From Diploschistes diacapsis (taxonomy: Eukaryota): DNA of 35,046 nucleotides. Shown here one piece after another: positions 1 through 9,694 of the stretch. Where the stretch lies: the NCBI GenBank assembly GCA_023645945.1, contig JALAIB010000079.1, positions 1-35,046 of the forward strand, read 5' to 3'. Every line of letters begins with the position of its first letter. Within the stretch, counting starts at the first letter, position 1. The notes under the pieces are model-generated. The model was not told the origin of the DNA, made no database searches, and saw nothing but the letters and a program-made list of their open reading frames with translations. Both the position numbers and the translations under genes were made by a program.

Positions 1-116
1 TAAATATTCATCTTATTATAAAAAGCTTGAATATTTTTTTAGATTTTTAAAAGGCTTATGGGTGGTATAATAGCTCTATGAAATAGACGCATTTTGGTGT
101 AATTTGGGGGAGGGTC

Positions 117-1379
117 CATTACTTTTGGCATAGTACTGTAGCGCCCATTGAAACTGCTGCCATCACTTATGAGGCGGGCGTCCCAAGTGCAAGCGCTTTC
201 TTCGATGCTTTACCGGAGAAAAGACTTTTGGCGTGCGAGATGGCCAGCCAAGTTGGCACATTCAAGCGAGTCGCGAGAAGCTGCACGATTGGCTCTCTCG
301 TGATCTGACGATTTACTGGAACAAGAAATTTACTCACTATGAAGAAAATGAGACTGGCGCCACGGCCATCTTTGCCGATGGCACTTCCTCTCAAGGAACT
401 GTTCTTCTAGGCGCTGATGGTGTAAGTAGCATTGGTTGGTCAAGCCCCCTTCATCATCTTGAGTAGCATGCTAAGATATTTACGCGAGAACAGTCCAGGC
501 GCGACTTTTCAAAGATATACTACTATGAGCCCAAAGCCGTGAAAGTAGGACTCGTGATCGGCGAAACCAAAGCTTCAGAGGAAGAGTACCGACAACACTT
601 TGAACCAGCACCCTCAATGTACCTTGGCCTCTTCTAGCGGACGGCGAATCTTTGTTGGTTTGAAAAGGTCGGAAAGGACCTAAAGACTAACGGACTACTA
701 TTGGCTCTTCTCCTGGTACGTTACTGATTGCTCCACGTTGATTAGGGAGTTCAGAAGCGCTTCAGGTGTAGCCAGCTGCTATCTGGGTTGTCATTAACTC
801 ATGGTGCGGGAGCGCTTCGGATGCCCCTGACCCTACCTTTGATAACGTTTGTGGTGCACTGTCGCGTTGATTTCTTCAAGTACCACCAGAACTAATGCTC
901 CTAAAAATAGGCCCGACGATGCAGCCGCAACAGAGCCATTCTAGACAGCCAATGCGTCGCAAAAAGAACTGCATGATTATGTTATGGAAAACATGAAGGA
1001 CATGTGTTCGCCATTAACCGAGGTCATACGTTCTACTTCCGTAGAGGGCATAATGCTTCCCCCTCTCGTCATTAGGGACATGGTTCCGCACGCGATACCT
1101 ACGGGACGAGTAACCGGGTAACCTTGTTGGGGAATGCTGCGCATCCGATGGCTTCGTTCCGTAGCGAACATGGCCAGCACGCTTTGCAAGACGGCCTGAG
1201 TGTGGCCAAGGCGATTCGGAATAAAGCCGCCAGCACGTGGCCCGAGATACTCAAGGATTACGAGCGTGAAATGATGCCTCGCGGTACTAGTTGTGGTGTT
1301 GAAATCTCGAGAAGCAGCTGAGTCTAAGGATGCCACTGGGGCCCGAACATATGAAGGTTGGCTTTCGAGTGGGAGATAA
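117..1379 (+). pseudogene. FAD-dependent (class A-type, FAD_binding_3-like) monooxygenase pseudogene, 5' part absent from the window
   Basis: Recognisable motifs lie in different frames: ...FADGTSSQGTVLLGADGVSSI (DG motif), GRRIFVGLK, DYYWLFSW, GRVT..LLGNAAHPM (degenerate GD motif) and LKDYEREMMPRG. Lesions: in-frame TAG at 942-944, near-duplicated 8-mer gagtaacc/gggtaacc at 1108-1123 (frameshift plus TAA), and further frameshifts near 210, 525, 635 and 1290. Intron remnants at about 434-493 and 716-910. No GxGxxG motif is visible. Start coordinate approximate. Confidence 0.85.
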
Positions 1380-2357
1380 CGGATGCTGAAAGGACATGAG
1401 CAGTCCTGCCCGAAGCCAGATAACTACATAGGTCTGACAAGCGGTAAGGTTGATTCGTGAGGTAGATCGTCTAGTTTTAAAGATGAAATAACATGTGGTA
1501 ACCACCTACTGTAAGTTGATAACTTAATCACTCCTTTGCCATCGTTTGCTCATGCTATACAGGCTCATTGACGTTGCTGATCCCACTGGACGATTTTCTC
1601 AGACCTCCTATACGAGAAGCTCACAGGAAAGGGTTTTCGCAAGACAATAAATCAGACCAGATCAATAGCAACGCAGAAGACAATGTATATGGCAATAATT
1701 TCCCACTACACTGTTGTGTTATTCGGCCTATGCAAAGGGAGCACTTGATTGACTAACGTCATAGGGTGATGGGTATGTGCCTCGTACATATTCCGTGAAA
1801 GTAGCTTCCCGGGCTTCATTAGTCTCTCTTAGATGTCGCATGTCCCGATAATACGGGCAGGATGCTAAAGATGCCTGTAGAAGAGGGTACCTCGGTCTCT
1901 TTTAGAGCCGCGGACAACTCGGAGTTTTTAGTCATTTTGATCTACCTATCCCCTATTCTCGCTGAAGCGTCGATAAAACAAGTGCCTCAGGGGCTTAAAT
2001 ATGCTATATCACGACACCCAGTAGCTTCGGCTGGCACTATGCTCAAATTATCTAAAGTCAGAGGTCAGCTCCTCGGATCCGTGTCAGTGTTGAAACTTTT
2101 GGCTCCATGGAGAGGTACGCGCCTGCTAAATGTTGTCAAGGCGTATGTAGGATCCAGGGATTGGCAATGAGCATGGATAAAGCGGATGGCGTGGACATTA
2201 CTGAGCTAGTAGGCTAGGGTAGAGAGGGCGTATGACCACCGTTGGCGGTTGAGGTGCTGTAGAGTGAAGACCTGTATTGTACGCATTTGCCTGGGTTTTT
2301 CCTTTACGATACACGGTGCACTAGAAGAGCCCCAGCTCTTTGTGTCTCTCGAGCTCG

Positions 2358-3356
2358 TCAATGACGGACTGCATTAAGCTCACGGCGCCTAGGTATTTGG
2401 CGGTTAGGGAAATGCTTATAATTGGAGACGCTGCTTTTTGGAAGGTCTGCTTACCACCATGCTTGAAAATCCTGCGTCCAAATGGCGATCCCAATCTCCT
2501 CTAGAGCCTTTGTTGAAAGCTGTGTATTGAAAGGTCTTTGGGTCTTCGTATGTGGGTCGTTCCCCTCCTTGTTTGCTATCATTTGATCGAGTGGCAGGCC
2601 CAGTACTTCCGCCAGCATTCGACAGATTTCGTACTTGGTGTATCGGTCCTTCGAGGAAAACTGCAAAATCCGAGGCAACGACTTTGAGTCGTTGTTCAGG
2701 TACGCGAGGGCGATATCCTTTGAAACGCGGCCCACGTCTTCGGTGTTTGTAGGGAATCTCTGTGCCCAATCGTCCATCTTGACATACACTCCTTTCTCCT
2801 GAACCTTCCAGACACTATCGACTAGTGAGTTAACAGCGCTCTCTGCGTTCTTGGTAGCAGGCCCGTATAGGACTGGCACTCGCAGAACGACAGCCCCTTC
2901 ATGTTCCTCAAGCACGGCCCTCTCGCCGTCCAACTTTGTTTGTCCGTATAAGTTTGAGGGCCCCGTTGCTGCGTCTGCTTCGTAAGGGGCTTCGCCAGGT
3001 TTACCAGAGAAGACGTAGTCTGTTGAGATGTAGATCAAGAGGATTTTGCGAACTGCCGAAGCCTTTGCAAGAAACCGTGTCGCTATCACATTGATCGCTC
3101 TAGCGCCTTCGGGATCGACATCGCATTTGTCGGGGAACCTATTTGCGGCGGAGTGTACGAGAACGTCTGGCTTTTCTTGATCTAGGAGGTCGAGCACCAT
3201 GGGCTGGTCCGCTACTAAGTCGAGCTTCTTGATGGTGGGGGGTTTGGATCGCGAAAAGCCCGTGCCGACAACGTCCCAGCCATCATCTTCGAACGAGCGG
3301 AGGATCTGACGTCCAAGAAAGCCAGTAGCGCCTGTTACCAGAGCTTTTCTGACCAT
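2358..3356 (-). CDS. RmlD-substrate-binding / methionine adenosyltransferase 2 beta-like NAD(P)-dependent SDR protein
   Basis: N-terminal VTGATGFLG Rossmann motif, ISTDYVF, YGQTK (YxxxK), VLRVPVLYG, RFPT and RPFNTQLS. One GT-AG intron at 2454-2389 (CTAAC branch) gives the C-terminus ...AWWRRELNAVRH*. Confidence 0.9.
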
Positions 3357-4156
3357 GACCGTGGAGGCTCACAAGTGAGATGAGCGGTTAAGGAAAGGCA
3401 GCCAAGTTTGCAAGCATGATGATGTTACCTTCAGTGTCTACACCATGAGAAGCATACGAAGTTATACGCACAGCCGTTATATCTTCTCCCCAGCAACAAA
3501 CAGTTTCCAAGTACAGCAGCTCTCGTCTTTCTGAAGCTCTCGCGGCCTCCTTAGCGGGGCTTGTCCCTGTTATTTAGTTGTTGGACCTCTTTTATCCGTC
3601 CGGCTCGAAAGTTGTTGACATATTGGCCTGTACATTCGTCTCCATTCCTATATCCATATCCATCGTCCTCGAGCAGTCAACTTCCCCCCATGGAAGACCA
3701 TAAAGGCGAACCATGATGAAAAGAAAAAGCCTTGCAGGGCAGTATTGATCCAAAAATTACCACCTGGCCCCCGCAGGAGCCTGGTGGATCTGGTCGAAAA
3801 GTAGTTTTCAACTAGCAAAAACACAGTCTCGGATTTCTCCTCACTGACATGCGTATTGCCCCTGTACCATAGTTAGTAGGTAGAAAAGTGAAGAGGTGGG
3901 TGGGTGCATTTCGACTCACTTGCACCAAGATGAAGAAGAAAAAAGGAAATGGGGTGCAGGCGCGTCGAATATATATATTTGCAGCCTTGGCATAGGGCTG
4001 ATGCCGAATACGGGATTTCCCGGATATATCAGCTTATCTCCGATGATTACCGGTTAAAACTAAACGGACGTAATGCTATATAGTGTACAACTACAACGTA
4101 TATAGTACTAGTAGTTAAACCATATTCCTGTATGGTAAAAGTCCAAGGTCGAGGTG

Positions 4157-4162
4157 CCGAGG
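4157..4162. promoter_or_regulatory. Candidate FarA/FarB (Ctf1-type) fatty-acid response element CCGAGG (= CCTCGG)
   Basis: Exact hexamer about 275 bp upstream of the acyl-CoA ligase ATG. The motif is established for Aspergillus FarA/FarB targets, but a hexamer can occur by chance. Confidence 0.45.
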
Positions 4163-4434
4163 CACATGCTGAAGCTTTGCTTCACAATCGTCAGTCCTAC
4201 ATCCTTCGCACCACCATCTCTCCATTCTTTCTTCTTTTCTACGTAAATATTGGCTGGCGGGCGTATCATGAAGATCAGTTGCAGAGTAATTGTGTTTCTT
4301 TTAACTTGAAGTCTACCCACCAATCCGCCAAGCATCTTTCGTCTTGCACCTACCTTCTGGCTTGGAATCAAATATATCTCTGCTCTGCCAGTCCATCTAT
4401 TTCCTCATTTATATGAAACATATCCGAACCCAGA

Positions 4435-6757
4435 ATGTCGCATTTTCAATTGGCTAACGAGTTTCGCCGTCCTCCTCCACCTGGAGCGCCTCACTCTGTC
4501 CCGCTGCAAGGCACTGAAGAACCAGGCCGAACGCCTATCTACAGGCACTGGAGATTTGCAGACAGGGAGTTGCTGGAGACACTCGATCCAAAGGTACGAT
4601 TCTGGTGGAACCTGCATTGAGAGGTCCAAGATGTTGATCACAGAGTCCAGATTCGAACGGGTCACGATTTGTTTCAAGCCAGCGGTTTGTTCTCCAGTCC
4701 TTGATAGGGACTCACTGACCCTTGGAAGCGGAGCGTCAGCCAAGAGCGAACTGCTTCGGTTACAGACCCTGGGATCCTGCTAAGAAGGAGCATGGGCCGT
4801 TCGAGTGGATGAGCTACGAAACAGTTGCGAGAAGGCGAGCAAGTCTAGGGGTGGGGATTAGGAAGCTGTGTAGAGACGCAGGTATAACCGATGAGAAGTT
4901 TGGGGTCGGCCTGTGGTCCCAAAACCGTCCAGAATGGCAGCTAATAGGTTCGTTCGCGAGCATATAGCCTATGACGGTGAATGTGCTGACGAAAGTATCA
5001 GACCTGGCATGCATGTCACAGTCGCTCTTCTCCGTATCCCTATACGAGACATTAGGACCAACGGCTGTTGAATACATTGCAAATCATGCGTCTCTTGGCT
5101 GTATAGCTACTTCGCTACCGCATATCGCAAGCCTTTTGGAACTCCAACCGCGCCTGCCACATCTCAAAGTTATCATCTCGCTCGATCCACTAGACGCAGG
5201 GGAACAGCCGGGGTACTCGAAGAAAGATGTTCTTTCTGCCATTGCAAAAGATCGAGGTCTCACGCTCGTATCAATTGAGCAGGTTGAGCAGCTAGCAGAG
5301 TCTCTCGGACCTATCAAGTTCAACGCGCCAATGCCGTCGGACCTTATAACCATAAACTACACATCTGGGACCACAGGAAATCCCAAGGGTGTCTTACTAA
5401 CCCACCGTGCAGCTGTGGCTACTGCGGCATCCATATTGGGCACTTCAGAGCTAAAAAGTAGCGACGTCGGCTTATCTTATCTCCCGCTTGCTCATATCTA
5501 TGGACGCATGTTGGAGCAAGGGCTTCTCATGGCCGGCGGCTCAATCGGTTACTTCCATGGTGACACGATCGCTTTACTTGACGATTTGAAGCTCCTTCGG
5601 CCGACACTGTTTAACTCTGTCCCGCGACTTTGGAATCGTATAGGCGGAGCCATCCGTGCCCAGACAACGGACGCAGTTGGTTTCAGGGGCGCATTATCAC
5701 GCCACATTGTTTCGACGAAACTAGCAGCCTTACAGGACCCCGAGAGCCCGAAAGCGACGAACAAGCACATCGTTTACGATCGCATCTGGGGCAGGAAGGT
5801 TTCCGCTGCTGTTGGTCTGGATCGGTGTGAAACTATGGTGTCGGGCTCCGCGCCATTGGATCCCTCATTACATCAATTCCTGCGGGTCGTATTCGGCAAC
5901 AACTTTCTGCAAGGCTGGGGAATGACGGAGACGTATGCGCTGGGTCTCGGCCAGCTTGAAGGGGACTACACTGTCGGAAATTGTGGGGCCGTCACGCTAG
6001 CTAACGAAATATGCCTCATGAGTGTGCCAGATATGGATTATCTGGTCACCGACGTGCCACACCCTCGTGGTGAAATGCTTATCCGTGGCAATACTATGTT
6101 CAGTGGTTACTACCGCAATGAAGAGGAAAACTCCAAGTCCATTCTTCCAGGAGGCTGGTTCAAGACGGGCGACATCTGCAGCGTTGACGGAAAAGGCCGC
6201 TTTAAGATAATAGATCGCAGGAAGAACGTTCTCAAGCTTGCGCAGGGCGAATACGTTACACCAGAGCGCATTGAAAACGTCTACCTCTCCCACCTGGCAT
6301 ACCTGCAGTCCGCCTTCGTCCATGGTGATAGCTCCGAGACGTCCTTGGTCGCTATCTTCGGGGTGGCCCCTGATTTCTTTGCCACTTTTGCCAAAAAGGT
6401 TCTCGGTAAGGATATATCACCCACGGATATGCAGGCAATAGCAGCAGCATGTAAAGAGCAGAGGATAAGAAAGGAAGTGACAAAGGAACTTGATGGGGTG
6501 GGTCGGAAGAACAAGTTCGCCGGATATGAACGTGTAAAAGCGTGCTATCTCTATGTGGATCCTTTCACAATGGAGAACGATCTGCTGACGCCCACGTAAG
6601 TGACCCTTTTGTAATTGAAGCCACCTTGTGCCGGTAATGCTGAAAACCAAATCACAGTCTCAAACTTAAGCGACCCCAGGCAGCCAAGGCCTTCCGTAAA
6701 GAGTTGGACGAGCTATATGCAGAGGTGCATGCTACGGAAACGAAACCACGTTTATAG
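4435..6757 (+). CDS. Long-chain fatty-acid-CoA ligase (AMP-binding enzyme, ACSL/FAA2-like), probably peroxisomal
   Basis: Motifs YTSGTTGNPKG, SYLPLAHIYGR, GWGMTE, GWFKTGD, IDRRKNVLKLAQGEY and LLTPTLKLKR. Exons 4435-4593, 4651-4684, 4729-4947, 5002-6595 and 6658-6757, all GT-AG and frame-consistent. Ends ...ETKPRL*. Confidence 0.95.
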
Positions 6758-7598
6758 AGGTCGAATGGTGTTCGGAACTATGTTGGATAGGGTTCCGGAG
6801 GCCCACTCTAATGTGCTTGGATCTATATCTTCTAGAGTACCACGATTCACGTGGTTCTTGCACCTATAGAAGCCGAACGAGGCTCACAAGGCACATGCAT
6901 GTATTTAGACTGGAGGTGCAGACACACTTGGATGTATTTGTTGAACAGGAAGACATATCAGTGCTATATGTTATGCCGAAGCTCTCGGTCCCCACAAACA
7001 TGAAATAAACAATTAGGACTCGGATACTCTTAGATTAATAATGCGTGGTTATGGCATTAGTTGAGTGACCTTTGTTGAGTTTGAGCCAAGCCAAAGCGGC
7101 GAGTTGAAGAGGTATGGATACCCTGGGAAGAACATGCAAAAGGTCTCCTGGACCACCTGGCGCTGTGCCGCCATGCCCCGTCCGGCTGCAGCATCCCGTA
7201 AAGCATACCATAACCCTCATGTCGAGACTAGTATGCGGGTAGCAGGGCCTTTGCAGTTGATCGACTATTCTTGCATTGGTTCTCCGAGACTGCATGAACC
7301 AACCAGGCACTGCAGGATACTAACAAAAAGAAAAGCGTGAGAAGTAGCAGCGCTAAAGACCATGCTTTTCCACACCGTATTTGGGGGCAAAAACCTCGTC
7401 GAAAGCGAGCGCGCCGCCGGCCTGGCATTAGTTTCCGTAAATATGTACAAATATGCAACTTCGGGGAGCTCCTAGGCTACCTGCCTCGGCCTTCGAGCGC
7501 GAAAAAGGGTAGTAGGAGCTTGAACAAGAGCTGGCGGACATCGTACCTCGAAAAAATTTAATTCACTGCAAGTACGAGCGGCGGCACGGCATGGCAAC

Positions 7599-8609
7599 CT
7601 ACGACGAGGAGACCCCATTTAGACTATCCTCCGCCGTAAAGGGCGATCCCATGTCCACGTAGTCAAGCAGTACGCCTTTGGGCGCATAGCCGTATAAGCC
7701 CTCACATATTGCGCTCTGGGCGCCAATGCTGCCGTTGCCTGTGGCAGAGTTTGTCTGGCCAGCGACGCCCTCGTCTGGGATGTCGATGCCAACGATACTA
7801 ACGTCAAGAAAGTGATTGACGATGTACATGCGGCCTGTTGGAGAGGCGCCGGCGGGTCTGTCGAGGGAACATTCGGGGAATGAGGGATCTGTGGTGTCAT
7901 AGGGAGTTTCGAAAAAGTAAGAAAACTCGTCGAGGATATATGGGTAATTTGTGGTATCGGCACCAGCATCTATACCACAGGCTCAGTCGCGAAGAGAACA
8001 CTTAAAGGGATTCGCATACCTAGGAAGAGAACAAGGCGCGAGTTGTTCTCTATCATCGTGTTAAGGGTGGGCCACTCATTTATGGGGAGTATTCCGGAGC
8101 CGGAACTTGGGGTGAAGACATATTTTTGGAGGCCGGAACCACTCAAAGCGTTGGCGAATACGCTCGGATCCACGTTGTCGCCATTTACCAGAAGCATCAT
8201 GAGAACTTCATTCGGGTTCTCGTCCAAAAATCCCTTTACGGTAGACATATAATCCTGGAGACTGCCTGCGTCTTCTTCAAAACACGAGGTGTGGCACATC
8301 TGCGATATTGAATAAGTAAGGTAAGTAACGTAAATAGAGATGCCGGTTACTTACGTCTAGTGTGCCTAAAAGATTCTTATGAGTCTGGCCTTGGAGAAAC
8401 CGAATACCAGCCTGAAGCTGTGCGGTAACACTAAGATGCTGGTTTTCGGTAGGAAGGTCGCCTACAAACGCAGAGTCGTGGGATCCGACGTGCGAGACAT
8501 TACTCCATATACGGGAGCAATACTCGGCGTGTCCGTTGCAAACATCTGCGCCCTGCGCCGACAATGCAAGAGACAGAAGAACAATTAAAGAGAGCAAGAC
8601 TACGAGCAT
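7599..8609 (-). CDS. Secreted PLC-like phosphodiesterase (PI-PLC X-domain-like TIM barrel)
   Basis: Signal-peptide-like MLVVLLSLIVLLSLALSAQG, then CNGHAEYCSR, GSHDSAF, QLQAGIRFLQGQTH, CHTSC, NPNEV, WPTL and NHFLD. Exons 8609-8355, 8299-8020 and 7969-7599 with GT-AG introns. Confidence 0.9.
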
Positions 8610-9694
8610 GACGGCAACGAGAAATTGAAGAGAACCGAAATGGTTTACACCGCTGAAATCAGGAAGTAGCCAGAAGAGAGGCACTGGATCCCGGATTGGA
8701 AGACGTAATAGGGGAATATATAGGACTGAGTCTAGGGCTCGAGCAAAGGACAATGGAACACGGACTCAACAAACAAAGCAAGGTGATCAATTGGGCAGAT
8801 TAAGAAACCATAACACAGAGCTGTGTGACACACTGTGGGTGTTACTGACCTTACTGGCTGTCTCCTGATGTACCACCTTGTTGGATGGCGCAACGATATC
8901 TTTATGAGGATGCATGCTTGTGCACTCAGATGCCGGTACCTATCAACTAATAGAGGTCTGACATGTTCCTTACAGGGGTAGTGGCCAGTTATGGATGCAA
9001 GATTGGCAGCAGTTGACAGCGTCATGAAGTGCGGGTTTGCCCGTCTGCAGGTGACTGCGGAGTTTGATTTGATAAAGGGTTGCATCTCCACCGGCGCGTA
9101 AAAGGATTACTGAACTGCGACCGAAGAAGAATCTTGTCCCAAACCGTAGCCAAGTCCGCAGGAGGGTTCAAGGATACTGGGACCATCTGTCTCTGTAGAC
9201 CGGATACATTGTATTTTTCGATTGGATGGCGCTGGAGTAGCCTGAAACTATGCGCTGGTCTTTATATGTAGTAGCCAACTGGTTGAAAGGATTGTATAAG
9301 GTACTTACAGCAGACGGTCATTGCGTTACGGTTAAACATAACGTAGCACTAAAAGCGTAGGCATAAGAGCGATACTTGAAGTTGTGTAGGTGCAAATACC
9401 TGGAGAATGTGCGAATTATGTAAGCCGGGATTTCAACGTGCGCCATCGCGTTCGTCTTCGGAATGACACAGAGTACCTAACTTATCTATGGATTCAATGA
9501 TGCAAGCGCGCGAGTGCCCATGGAATTCTGTTTCCTACTTACCAACTTCCTACAGCCTTCACAAGCTGTTATAGCAAGACCATCGAAAGTCATCCGTTAC
9601 GCAATCGAGGCGCCCAAAGAAGATGCAATATAGCTGCCATCGCGCGCTGAGACGAGCTGCCTGACTTCCTCTGCTCGGACGTCTCCCCCCCACA

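Noticed and set aside
1568..2170. Short plus-strand ORFs after the pseudogene
   Set aside because: No homology recognised; sizes are consistent with chance.
7035..7561. Short ORFs with hydrophobic starts (and a SINCKG string faintly like KP4 toxins) between the ligase and PLC genes
   Set aside because: Interrupted by stops, no cysteine pattern, and no convincing splice model.
117..8609. Monooxygenase + SDR + acyl-CoA ligase + PLC as a secondary-metabolite cluster
   Set aside because: No PKS, NRPS or terpene backbone, transporter or cluster regulator. The monooxygenase is dead and the others look like ordinary conserved genes.
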